DNA of 64,000 bases from an uncultured Gemmatimonadales bacterium (GTDB lineage: Bacteria > Gemmatimonadota > Gemmatimonadetes > Longimicrobiales > RSA9): contig CAWCUS010000001.1 in the NCBI GenBank assembly GCA_963798845.1, forward strand, positions 160,001-224,000. Reading direction: 5' to 3'. The translations under genes were made by a program, and so were the position numbers. This document shows, one piece after another, positions 1-8,957 of this stretch; within the stretch, counting starts at the first letter, position 1, and each line of letters opens with the position of its first letter. The notes beneath the pieces were generated by a model. It did not search any database and was not told the DNA's origin. It was given only the letters and a program-made list of their open reading frames with translations.

Positions 1-1732
1 ACTCGAGTCCCTTGGCCGTGTGCAGTGTCATGAGGGTCACCGCGTTCGCTGCCGGGTCGTGCCGGTCCACGTCGGTGATCAGCGAGACCTCCTGTAGGAA
101 GAGGTCGAGCGCTGTGGCGTTCTCCGGGAGATCGTCCAGCTCGCGGAGCGACAGCAGCCGGTCGTCGAACTCGTACGCGCCGGCGATCAGCTCCCGCACA
201 TTCTCCGCCCGGTCCTCCCCTTCCGGCCCCTCCTCGGCCAGCGCCCCGAAGATCCCCGTATCGGCCACGATGTGCTCCACGAGCACGCCCGCTCCCTGCG
301 ACGAGGCCCGCTCGCGGAACTCGTCGATGGCCGCCGCGAACCGCTCAAGCGACGCCGCGGCGGCGGGTGTGAGCGATGCGATCGTGGAGGCCGACCGCGC
401 CGCGTCGAGCTGCGACACGCCCGCCCCCGCGGCCCACTCCCGCAGCCGCTCCTGATTCACCGTCCCGACGCCCCGCTTCGGATAGTTGACGCTCCGGTCG
501 AACGCCTGCGCATCCAGAGGGTTTGAGACCAGCCGCAGGTAAGCGAGCACGTCCATGATCTCCCGCCGCTCGTAGAAGCGCGTGCCGCCCACGATCCGGT
601 AAGGAACGCTCCGCTCCACCAGCGCACGTTCCAGCTCCCTGGACTGAGCGTTCGTCCGGTAAAGCAGCACGAAGTCGCGTGGCGAAAGGTCGCCGTGTTC
701 CGCCATCCTCGCCTCGATCTCCGACGCGATCCAGTCCGCCTCGTCGCGCTCGTCGACCGCCTCCAGGAGCGTCAGCCGCTCCCCGGCATCAGCCTCCGTG
801 CGCAGCGTCTTGCCCTTCCGCCGCACGTTCTCGGCGATGACCGCGTTGGCGGCGTCGAGGATCCGCTGGGTCGAGCGGTAGTTGCGCTCCAGCCGGATCA
901 CGCGCGTCCCCGGGAACTGGGCCTCGAAGTCGAGAATGTTGCTCACGTCCGCGCCCCGCCACCCGTAGATCGACTGGTCGTCGTCGCCGACCACCATGAG
1001 GTTCGTGGGCTCGGCCTCGCGCCGCGCGAGCAGCTCCACCAGGACGTATTGGGCGTGGTTCGTGTCCTGGTACTCGTCCACCAGGACGAAATGGAAGCGG
1101 TCGCGGTACTGCGCCAGCAGCCCCGTACCCCCCCGGAGCAGCTCCACCGGCTTCACCAGCAGGTCGTCGAAGTCGAACGCGTTCTGCTCCTTCAACGCCG
1201 CCTGGTACGCCGGGTAGACGTCGGCGACCGTGCGCGAAAAGGCGTCTGATGCCAGCGTCGCGAACTCGGCCGGGTCCACCAGCCGGTTCTTGGCATCCGA
1301 CAGCGCCGCGCGAACCGCCTTCGGATGCCATTTCTTCTGCGAGATACCGAGCCGATCCATGGTCCGCCGGATCTCGCTCAGCGACGCGTCGGCATCGTAG
1401 ATGGTGAAATTCGGGGACCAGCCGAGCACGGCGGCGTGGCGCCGCAGGAGGCGGGCGCCCACGGAGTGGAACGTGCCGATCCACATCCCGGCGGGCTCCC
1501 GCCCGAGCAGGTGGCGAACCCGCTCTCTCATCTCGGCGGCCGCCTTGTTCGTGAACGTGACGGCCAGGATGGCGCCCGGATCGACGCCACGCTCCTCGAC
1601 CAGGTGGGCCACACGTGTGGTGAGCACGCGCGTTTTTCCGGATCCCGCACCCGCCAGCACCAGCAGGGGTCCCTCGAAGTGCTCGACCGCCTCGCGCTGC
1701 TCGGGGTTCAGCGAATCGAGCCAGCCGCTCAT
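1..1732 (-). CDS. pcrA: ATP-dependent DNA helicase PcrA/UvrD (3' end runs off window)
   Basis: Read by hand from ATG at 1732: MSGWLDSLNPEQREAVEHFEGPLLVLAGAGSGKTRVLT...AVTFTNKAA; LVDEYQDTN, VGDDDQSIYGWRGA, LERNYRST and MTLHTAKGLE motifs. Absent from the ORF track because there is no stop in the window. Confidence 0.96.
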   Translation of the reverse strand, partial: MSGWLDSLNPEQREAVEHFEGPLLVLAGAGSGKTRVLTTRVAHLVEERGVDPGAILAVTFTNKAAAEMRERVRHLLGREPAGMWIGTFHSVGARLLRRHAAVLGWSPNFTIYDADASLSEIRRTMDRLGISQKKWHPKAVRAALSDAKNRLVDPAEFATLASDAFSRTVADVYPAYQAALKEQNAFDFDDLLVKPVELLRGGTGLLAQYRDRFHFVLVDEYQDTNHAQYVLVELLARREAEPTNLMVVGDDDQSIYGWRGADVSNILDFEAQFPGTRVIRLERNYRSTQRILDAANAVIAENVRRKGKTLRTEADAGERLTLLEAVDERDEADWIASEIEARMAEHGDLSPRDFVLLYRTNAQSRELERALVERSVPYRIVGGTRFYERREIMDVLAYLRLVSNPLDAQAFDRSVNYPKRGVGTVNQERLREWAAGAGVSQLDAARSASTIASLTPAAAASLERFAAAIDEFRERASSQGAGVLVEHIVADTGIFGALAEEGPEGEDRAENVRELIAGAYEFDDRLLSLRELDDLPENATALDLFLQEVSLITDVDRHDPAANAVTLMTLHTAKGLE

Positions 1733-1736
1733 GCCG

Positions 1737-2936
1737 TCAGCTCCGGCGCAGGCGCCGTCGCGTGCCGGCCGCAGGAATTCTGATCTCGAAGCGCGCCCCG
1801 CCACCCCGCCGCTGACCGGCTCTGATCCGCCCGGAATGCACGTCCTCGACGATGCGCCGGGCCAGGGCGAGGCCGACGCCCCACCCCCCGGGCTTCGTGG
1901 TGACCCCCGGCTCGAACAGTCGGTCCCGCACACGCGCGTCCACGCCCGGCCCGTCGTCGGCGACGAGAAAGCGCACGCCATCGTCGCGGCGCGAAACGCT
2001 CAGCCGGATCTTCCCGCCTCTTCCCGCCAGCGCATCCAGCGAGTTCTTCACGCAATTCTCCAGCGCCCATACCAGCAACACACGGTTCGCTTTCACATCC
2101 GGCAGGCCGGGCGAGACGCGCACGCGCAGCTCCACGGCCGGCCGCTCCCGCGGAAGACGCGGGCGCAGGTAGTGCTCCAGTTCCTGCATCACCGCGGCCG
2201 GCCGCACCGCCGAGAGCGCCGGTGGTTTGCCGATCAGCTCGAACCGGCGCGAGACCCGCTCCAGCCGATCCACGTCCGCCCCGACCTCGCGAGCGAGCCG
2301 GCCGTCGCTCACCAGCCTCGAGCGCTCCTCCGCAGGCAGCCGGAGCACCTCGTGCCACCCCTTCAGCGACGTGAGCGGCGTGCCCATCTGGTGCGCCAGC
2401 TCCCGCGCCATCGCGCTCCACATCCGCTCCCGCTCGGTGCGCAGCGCGCCGCGTACCACCACGTACCCCACGAACAGGAGGAGCACCGCCCCGGCCACCT
2501 GGAGCGTCGCGGCCCAGCGCAGCCGATTGATGATCTCGGGGCTGCCAAAGTGGATGGACCCCCGCCCCATCTCCACGATCGGCGCGTTGCGCGCGTCCAA
2601 CGTCTTGACGTACTCGAGCACGCGCGCACGGTCCGAGGGCTCGGCGAGGTCCGCCGCGAACGGAAGGTTCGCCGCCGCGTACGGCAGGCCCTCCGCGTTC
2701 ACGGCCACGATCGGCACGCCGAGGTGCGTCAGCTCGCTCTGGAGGTCCGTCAGCGCCCGCAGCTCGGCCCCGGGGTCGTCGGAAAGCAGCCCCTGCTGGA
2801 CCAGCGCGTACATCCGCTTGTGGACTCCCGCCTCCACGCGGAACTCCCGTACGAGCTGCTCCGTGTAGAGCAGGTAGGACCCCAGCACGGCGATGGCCAG
2901 CAGTGCGAGGCCGACCGGCCAGTGGCGGGCGGTCAT
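1737..2936 (-). CDS. Membrane sensor histidine kinase (2 TM, HisKA/HATPase), orphan
   Basis: H-box ELAHQMGTPL, N-box ENCVKNSLDA, DDGPGV, GWGVGL. Confidence 0.9.
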   Translation of the reverse strand: MTARHWPVGLALLAIAVLGSYLLYTEQLVREFRVEAGVHKRMYALVQQGLLSDDPGAELRALTDLQSELTHLGVPIVAVNAEGLPYAAANLPFAADLAEPSDRARVLEYVKTLDARNAPIVEMGRGSIHFGSPEIINRLRWAATLQVAGAVLLLFVGYVVVRGALRTERERMWSAMARELAHQMGTPLTSLKGWHEVLRLPAEERSRLVSDGRLAREVGADVDRLERVSRRFELIGKPPALSAVRPAAVMQELEHYLRPRLPRERPAVELRVRVSPGLPDVKANRVLLVWALENCVKNSLDALAGRGGKIRLSVSRRDDGVRFLVADDGPGVDARVRDRLFEPGVTTKPGGWGVGLALARRIVEDVHSGRIRAGQRRGGGARFEIRIPAAGTRRRLRRS

Positions 2937-2951
2937 GGGAACCCCCGTGGA

Positions 2952-4229
2952 TCACGCGATTCGGTCGGTGCCGACGTACTCGACCAGGACCTCGGGTACC
3001 TTCAGGCTGCCATCCGGCTGCTGATACGTCTCGAGCAGCGCCACCATCGTCCGTGCGATCCCCAGCCCGGACCCGTTGAGCGTGTGCACGTATTCGGGCT
3101 TGGCCCCGGGCTCCGGGCGGAAGCGGATGTCCGCTCGGCGCGCCTGGTAGTCCGTGTAGGTGGAGCAGCTGGAAACCTCGAGCCACCGCTCCACCCCGGG
3201 CGACCACGCCTCCAGATCGTACGTCTTCGCGTTCGAAAAGCCGAGGTCCCCGCCCGCCAGAAGCAGCACGCGGTAGCGGAGCCCCAGCGCCCGCAGCACC
3301 GCCTCGGCGTGGCCCGTCAGCTCATCCAGCGCCGCCTCGCTCTGTTCCGGCCGCTCCAGGCGCATCATCTCCACCTTGTCGAACTGGTGGAGCCGGAGCA
3401 GGCCACGCGTGTCCTTCCCCGCCGCGCCCGCCTCCCGCCGGAAGCACGGCGTGTACGCTGCGTATCGGATCGGCAGCTGCTCGGGGCCGAGGATCTCCCC
3501 CGCATGCAGGTTCGTGAGCGGCAGCTCACCGGTCGGGACGAGATACAGGTCGTCCCGCTCCACGTGGTACATGTCCTCGGCGAACTTGGGCAGGTGCCCC
3601 GTCCCGGTGGCGGCCTCCGCGTTCACCAGCAGCGGCGGCCACACCTCGGTATAGCCGTGCTGGCTCGTCTGCAGGTCCACCATGAAGTTGATGAGCGCCC
3701 GCTCGAGCCGCGCGCCCCGGCCCACATAGAGCGGAAATCCGCTCCCCGCGATCTTGGCTCCCCGCGCCAGGTCCAGGAGGCCCAGCGACTCGCCGATTTC
3801 CCAGTGGGCCCGCCGCTCGAACGGCTCCGGCTCCTCGCCCCACTGGCGCAGCACCACGTTTGCCGATTCGTCCCCCGCCGGAACCTCCGGCGCCGGTGTG
3901 TTCGGGATCTCCAGAAGCGCCGCGTGCAGATCGGCGTCCACGGCGCCAAGGCGGGACTCCTGTACGGTGAGCCGATCGCCCAGCTCGCGCATCTCCAGGA
4001 TGACCGCCCGGGCCTCTTCGTCGCGGCGCTCCCGTTTGAGCGTGCCCACGCGCGGCGAAACCTCGTTGCGGCGAGCGCGCATGGCGTCCACGTCCGCCAC
4101 CAGCGCGCGGCGCTCCCCGTCCAGCGCCAGGACGCGGTCCACCGCCGCCGCCAGCGCCGGGCTGCCGCGCACGGCCAGCCGCTCCCGAACCGCCTCCGGC
4201 TCGTCCCGAATTCGCTTGATGTCGAGCAT
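2952..4229 (-). CDS. serS: Serine--tRNA ligase
   Basis: MLDIKRIR start, FRREAGAAGKDTRGLLRLHQFDKVE, EVSSCS, HTLNGSGL. Confidence 0.98.
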   Translation of the reverse strand: MLDIKRIRDEPEAVRERLAVRGSPALAAAVDRVLALDGERRALVADVDAMRARRNEVSPRVGTLKRERRDEEARAVILEMRELGDRLTVQESRLGAVDADLHAALLEIPNTPAPEVPAGDESANVVLRQWGEEPEPFERRAHWEIGESLGLLDLARGAKIAGSGFPLYVGRGARLERALINFMVDLQTSQHGYTEVWPPLLVNAEAATGTGHLPKFAEDMYHVERDDLYLVPTGELPLTNLHAGEILGPEQLPIRYAAYTPCFRREAGAAGKDTRGLLRLHQFDKVEMMRLERPEQSEAALDELTGHAEAVLRALGLRYRVLLLAGGDLGFSNAKTYDLEAWSPGVERWLEVSSCSTYTDYQARRADIRFRPEPGAKPEYVHTLNGSGLGIARTMVALLETYQQPDGSLKVPEVLVEYVGTDRIA

Positions 4230-4240
4230 CGCGCCGGCGG

Positions 4241-4807
4241 CTAGCCGTCGGAGGGGGTCAGGTCGCGGCGGTTGCAGTAGGTGTTGGCCGCCACCTGCAG
4301 CTCCACCTCACCATTCGCCGAGATGTTCAGCACCTTGAACTTGCCGTAGTGGTTGCAACCGCCCGCATCGCGCCGCGTCTTGATGGCGTAGAGCACGTCG
4401 GTACGCAGCGGGACGGCCGAGTCCGTGATGTACCCGCTCCTCGGCGCCACCACCAGGTCGTCCCATGTGGTCCCGCTGGAGTCGATTGCGATCCCGGGCG
4501 CGATGTCGAAGTTCTGGAACATTCCCGACGGCAGCGCCACGAACTCGCCGTTCAGCTCGCTCACTGCCATGTCGAAGCCCCGCGGGTCCGGCCGGTCCGT
4601 CCCCTCCACCACAACCGTGGTGTAGGAGATGAAGTCGTACGCGGACGGGCGGTCCATCAGCTCCGGTCGGGCGAGAGAGTACAGGGAGACGGTGTCTTCC
4701 GGCACGTACCAGGTCTGCTGGTACGTGTCGCACCCCCCCAGCGGGAGGACGGCGCCGGCACAGATGAGCCCGAAGGCCCCGATCAGCAATTTGCGTTCGT
4801 GCTTCAT
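4241..4807 (-). CDS. Hypothetical lipoprotein (possible HmuY-like beta fold)
   Basis: Signal peptide with LGGC lipobox; YAIKTR...YGKFKVL pattern. Confidence 0.7.
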   Translation of the reverse strand: MKHERKLLIGAFGLICAGAVLPLGGCDTYQQTWYVPEDTVSLYSLARPELMDRPSAYDFISYTTVVVEGTDRPDPRGFDMAVSELNGEFVALPSGMFQNFDIAPGIAIDSSGTTWDDLVVAPRSGYITDSAVPLRTDVLYAIKTRRDAGGCNHYGKFKVLNISANGEVELQVAANTYCNRRDLTPSDG

Positions 4808-4817
4808 AAGCGGGCGA

Positions 4818-4899
4818 AGGGTAAGCCTCGGATCACGTCGATGTCAAGCTGCCACGCGGGTTTTCCGCGCTTGACACGGGGAGGGGTCGCGTCCATGTT
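4818..4899. promoter_or_regulatory. Back-to-back sigma70-type promoters
   Basis: Minus: TTGACA(4847-4842)-18-TACCCT; plus: TTGACA(4871)-17-CATGTT. Confidence 0.6.
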
Positions 4900-4996
4900 T
4901 CCGCCTCCGTACCCGCGGCGGTGCGTGAGGGTCCGGCGCGCTGAGGCACGAATCTCGCACCCCCCTCACGGGCACGTCCACCCTCGACCACCCGCC

Positions 4997-5389
4997 ATGA
5001 CCACCGCGACCGACACCGACCGGAAGACCGTCCTGGTGGCCGACGACGAGCCGTACATCGGCCGGATCATCCAGATGAAGCTGGAGGATGGGCCGTACCG
5101 CGTCGAGCTCGTCCACGATGGAAGGGCGGCCCTGGAGCGACTGCGCAGCGATGACACGTTCGACGTGGTTCTCCTGGACATCATGATGCCGCATGCCAGC
5201 GGCTTCGACGTCCTGGCGGAGCTCCGCACCCTGCCTCACCGCAGCGGCACTCCCGTCATCATGCTCACCGCCAAGGGACAGGACGCGGACCGCGAGCGCG
5301 CGGCGGAGTACGGGGCGACCGATTTCCTGACCAAGCCGTTCAGCCCCAAGAAGCTCCTTGCCCGAATCGACGAACTCTTCGATCACTGA
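4997..5389 (+). CDS. Single-domain response regulator
   Basis: VLVADDE, LLDIMMP, MLTA, FLTKPF; no output domain; start ATG 4997 inside the longer track ORF. Confidence 0.92.
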   Translation: MTTATDTDRKTVLVADDEPYIGRIIQMKLEDGPYRVELVHDGRAALERLRSDDTFDVVLLDIMMPHASGFDVLAELRTLPHRSGTPVIMLTAKGQDADRERAAEYGATDFLTKPFSPKKLLARIDELFDH

Positions 5390-6434
5390 CCGCCTGTGGG
5401 CCGTGGTCCTGGCCGGGGGCGTCGGCTCCCGGTTCTGGCCCGTGTCCACGCCGTCGCGGCCCAAGCAGCTCCTGCCTCTCGGCAGTCCGCGCCCCCTGAT
5501 CCAGGACACGATCCGCCGGATCGAGCCGCTCGTGCCCCTCGATCGCGTCCGAATCCTGGCAGGCGAGGACCTCGTCGACCCGATCCGGGACGCCGTGGAA
5601 GGGATCGAAGACCACCACTTCTTTCTGGAGCCGCAGCCCCGCGGCACCGCCCCCGTGCTCCTCTGGGCGGCACACCGGATCTCGGCCGAGGACCCCGACG
5701 CGATCATGGTCTCGCTCCACGCCGACCACGCGATCCGGCCCGAACCGGCGTTCCGCGAGCGCGTGGCGGCCGCAGCGGTGGCTGCGGACCGGCACGACCG
5801 GCTCTTCACCGTGGGTGTCCTCCCTACCCGGCCCGAGACAGGGTACGGCTACATCCACCCGGGGGAGCCCCTCGATGACCTGGGCGTGTTCGCCGTGGAC
5901 GCCTTCGTGGAGAAGCCCGACGCGGCGACCGCCCGATCCTACCTCGCCGGCGGCGAGCACCTGTGGAACAGCGGCATCTTCATCTGGCGCGTTTCCCGCC
6001 TGCTCGCCGAAGTCCGCGCCGTCGCCCCCGAGCTCGCCGACCTGCTCCCGCTGCTCGACAGCGGTGACGTGGACGAGTTCTTCGCCGTGGCCCCGCGCAT
6101 ATCCGTGGACGAGGCGCTACTCGAGCGTTCCGGTCGCGTGGGCGTCGTCGCGGCCACGTTCGAGTGGGACGACGTGGGCACCTGGGACGCCGTGGCACGC
6201 AGCCGCGACCTGGACGCCGCGGGCAACGCGACCATGGGAGCCAGCCAACTGGTCGACTCCCGCGGCTGCGTGGTCTGGAACGAGACCGGGCAGGATGTGG
6301 TGGTGTTCGGGGCACGCGACATGGTGGTGGTGAATGTGGAGGGCGTCACTCTCGTGCTACCCCGCGAGCGCGCGTCCGACCTGAAGCAGCTGCTCGAGGC
6401 GCTCCCCGACGACGTCCGCGAGTCCCGACCATGA
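5358..6434 (+). CDS. manC: Mannose-1-phosphate guanylyltransferase (start uncertain)
   Basis: VVLAGGVGSRFWPVS..PKQLL, PETGYGYI, FVEKPD, WNSGIF, WDDVGTW. Confidence 0.93.
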   Translation: MPESTNSSITDRLWAVVLAGGVGSRFWPVSTPSRPKQLLPLGSPRPLIQDTIRRIEPLVPLDRVRILAGEDLVDPIRDAVEGIEDHHFFLEPQPRGTAPVLLWAAHRISAEDPDAIMVSLHADHAIRPEPAFRERVAAAAVAADRHDRLFTVGVLPTRPETGYGYIHPGEPLDDLGVFAVDAFVEKPDAATARSYLAGGEHLWNSGIFIWRVSRLLAEVRAVAPELADLLPLLDSGDVDEFFAVAPRISVDEALLERSGRVGVVAATFEWDDVGTWDAVARSRDLDAAGNATMGASQLVDSRGCVVWNETGQDVVVFGARDMVVVNVEGVTLVLPRERASDLKQLLEALPDDVRESRP

Positions 6435-7618
6435 GCAGTCCACCGCTCATCCTCTTCGACGACGGAACCGCCCGCGACTGGCGCCCGTTCACCCTCACTC
6501 GTCCCGCCGGCGAGCTCCTCCACGGCACACTGACGCTGCGGGGCCGGGCGGAGCGCGCCCTGGGCTCGACGTGCGCCGGGCATGTCGCGGCGCCGCACCT
6601 GGCGGCCTACGACGAGCCGTGGGCGCCCCCGGTTCTGGCCGCCAATGCGGTAGGCACCGGCAATGGGGTGGTGCTGCTGAGCGCACGGCTCGTCCTCGAG
6701 CCGACCCGGCTGCCGGATGCGCCCGCGCTCCTGACCGCCGGCGGACGGGTGGCCGGCGTCCGCCTCGCTCCCGGTGCGAAGCTGCCCGGACCGTCATTCT
6801 TCGAGGCACCGGACGCCGCGCCGCCGGACCTGCCTCGCCACGAGATCCCCGGCCGCTGGCTCACCGCCCCGTGGCAGCTCATGGCCGACAACCCCGAGCG
6901 CGTCGCCCGCGACCTTGCCGACGCACCGCCTTCCGAGCTCCCCCGCCACACCCATCGGATCGGCGACGGAGTGGTCTCGCTGGGGCCGAACGTCGAGCTG
7001 GCGCCCGGCGTCGTCTTCGACACCCGCGAGGGCCCGATCCGACTGGAAGGCGACGTCACCGTCGCGCCGTTCACCCTGGTGACGGGGCCGGCGTGGGTGG
7101 GCCGGGGATCCTCCCTGCTGGGGGGTCGTTTCGAGCACGTGGCGATCGGCCCTGTGTGCCGGGTGCACGGCGAGCTCGAGGCCTCCGTGATCCTTGGGTA
7201 TTCCAACAAGGCGCACGACGGCTTCATCGGCCACTCGATCCTCGGCATGTGGGTGAACCTCGGCGCGCTCACCACCAACAGCGACCTGAAGAACAATTAC
7301 GGCTCCGTGCGCGTCTGGACTCCCGCTGGGGAGGCCGACACCGGCGAGCGCAAGGTCGGCTGTCTCCTCGGCGATCACGTGAAGACCGCCATCGGCACCA
7401 TGCTGAACACCGGGACCGTGATCGAGACGGGCTCCAACGTCTTCGGTGGGATGCCCCCGAAATACCTTCCGCCCTTCAGCTGGGGCGACGCCGACACCCG
7501 CTACGATGTCGACCGCTTCCTGGACACCGCCGCCACGGTCATGGCCCGGCGGGACGTCGTGCTCGGCGACGGACAGCGCGCGCTCCTGCGCGCCGCCTGG
7601 CGCTCCACGCGCGGCTGA
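6431..7618 (+). CDS. GlmU-like putative sugar nucleotidyltransferase/acetyltransferase (Bacteroidota-type)
   Basis: PFTLTRPAGEL..G N-terminus; left-handed beta-helix with SNKAHDGFIGHS..G.WVNLGA.TTNSDLKNNY. Confidence 0.85.
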   Translation: MSSPPLILFDDGTARDWRPFTLTRPAGELLHGTLTLRGRAERALGSTCAGHVAAPHLAAYDEPWAPPVLAANAVGTGNGVVLLSARLVLEPTRLPDAPALLTAGGRVAGVRLAPGAKLPGPSFFEAPDAAPPDLPRHEIPGRWLTAPWQLMADNPERVARDLADAPPSELPRHTHRIGDGVVSLGPNVELAPGVVFDTREGPIRLEGDVTVAPFTLVTGPAWVGRGSSLLGGRFEHVAIGPVCRVHGELEASVILGYSNKAHDGFIGHSILGMWVNLGALTTNSDLKNNYGSVRVWTPAGEADTGERKVGCLLGDHVKTAIGTMLNTGTVIETGSNVFGGMPPKYLPPFSWGDADTRYDVDRFLDTAATVMARRDVVLGDGQRALLRAAWRSTRG

Positions 7619-7630
7619 CCGCGGACGCCG

Positions 7631-7659
7631 TTGACACACCCGCGGCCACGGCGGACCTT
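7631..7659 (+). promoter_or_regulatory. Sigma70-type promoter giving a leaderless mRNA
   Basis: TTGACA-17-GACCTT, then 6 nt, then ATG 7666. Confidence 0.6.
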
Positions 7660-7665
7660 TGCTCC

Positions 7666-8487
7666 ATGCGGGTGACGATCCTTGGAAGCGGAAGCCGCGG
7701 CAACGCGGTCCTGGTGGAAGCGGGGAGCACCCGTCTGCTCGTGGATGCCGGCTTCAGCGGAAGGGACCTCGAGCGACGGCTCTCGGCGGTTGAGGTCGCC
7801 CCTGAATCCATCACCGGCATCATCATCACTCACGACCACGGCGACCATACCCGCGGCATGGGCGTCTTCGCCCGCCGCTTCGGCACGCCTCTCCACCTCA
7901 CGCCCCGCACGCGCGCCGCCACCGCCCGGCTGCTCCGCGGCGATGAGACCGTCGTGGAGTACGAAGCCGCTCGTCCCTTCCGCCTCGGCGCGCTGCGGGT
8001 GGAGCCGTTCCTGACCGTTCATGACGCCGCCGACCCGGTCGCGGTCACGGTCACGGACACGGCCACCGGCTCGAAGCTCGGGATAGCGACCGACCTGGGT
8101 CGGCCCACCACTGCGGTGCGCGCGTCCCTGGCGGGGAGCCACATCCTCGTCCTGGAAGCGAACCACGACGACGCCCGCCTCTGGGCCGGCCCCTATCCCT
8201 GGTCCGTGAAGCAGCGCATCGCGTCCAGCCACGGCCACCTTTCCAATCGCGCCTCCGCCGAGCTGGTCACGGAGCTCTTTCACGACCGGCTCGCCGGCGT
8301 CTTCCTCGCCCACCTCAGTGACTCGTGCAACGAGCCGGCGCTCGCGGAAACGGCCGTCGGCGCGGCCCTCGAGCGACTCCGCTTCCCTGGCACCCTGCGC
8401 GTCGCAGACCAGGACGAGCCCGGGGAGGCCGTGGACGTGGAAGCGCTGCGTCGTCGCCTGGCGCCGCCGCAGCTCGCCTTCTTCTGA
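7666..8487 (+). CDS. MBL-fold metallo-hydrolase (YycJ/WalJ-like)
   Basis: LGSGSRGN, THDHGDH, HDAADP, ATDLG, LEANHD, GHLSN, LAHLS. Confidence 0.9.
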   Translation: MRVTILGSGSRGNAVLVEAGSTRLLVDAGFSGRDLERRLSAVEVAPESITGIIITHDHGDHTRGMGVFARRFGTPLHLTPRTRAATARLLRGDETVVEYEAARPFRLGALRVEPFLTVHDAADPVAVTVTDTATGSKLGIATDLGRPTTAVRASLAGSHILVLEANHDDARLWAGPYPWSVKQRIASSHGHLSNRASAELVTELFHDRLAGVFLAHLSDSCNEPALAETAVGAALERLRFPGTLRVADQDEPGEAVDVEALRRRLAPPQLAFF

Positions 8488-8531
8488 CCCCCTGCCACCC
8501 CCACCGCAGCCACCCCCTGCGGGCCATCCAC

Positions 8532-8557
8532 TGAAACCTCGCCGCGCCCCAGCCGTA
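8532..8557 (+). promoter_or_regulatory. ECF (SigW-type) promoter
   Basis: TGAAAC-N16-CGTA, exact match to the B. subtilis sigmaW consensus. Confidence 0.55.
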
Positions 8558-8591
8558 CGGTGGAACGACTCTCACGGCACACGGGGGATGC

Positions 8592-8951
8592 ATGGTACAT
8601 CGCTTCAAGAACAACAGGGTCGTGCTCCGCGACCTGGCCATTTTCCAGCTCAAGCTCCTGATCGACGGCTTCGCCGACCTCATCATCGCCCACGCCGCGG
8701 TGCTGGCCGTCCTCATCGACGTGGTCTTCCCGGCCGAGCGGAAGGGGAAGCGCTTCTATGCCGTCATGGCCCGAGCCGAGCGGTTCGACCACTGGCTGAG
8801 CCTGTACGGAGCGGCGGATGCCGCCGACCTCGAGGAGGACGGTCTCTTCGGCGCGAGCCGCGCCGGGGCGGACACGCTCCTGGGCAAGCTGGAGGCGCTG
8901 GTCACGGGCCGCTGGGAAGTGGGCGAAGAAACCCCCGAAAACGCAGCCTGA
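8592..8951 (+). CDS. Small hypothetical protein with one hydrophobic segment
   Basis: Fills the gap; protein-like composition (RDLAIFQLKLLIDG...FDHWLSLY). Confidence 0.75.
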   Translation: MVHRFKNNRVVLRDLAIFQLKLLIDGFADLIIAHAAVLAVLIDVVFPAERKGKRFYAVMARAERFDHWLSLYGAADAADLEEDGLFGASRAGADTLLGKLEALVTGRWEVGEETPENAA

Positions 8952-8957
8952 TCCGCG

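Noticed and set aside
1401..4244. Very long alternative ORFs (947 aa here; also 30393..32747, 51410..54145, 23161..25344)
   Set aside because: Antisense or off-frame shadows of well-supported genes; Arg/Pro/Ala-rich, as expected when high GC depletes stop codons
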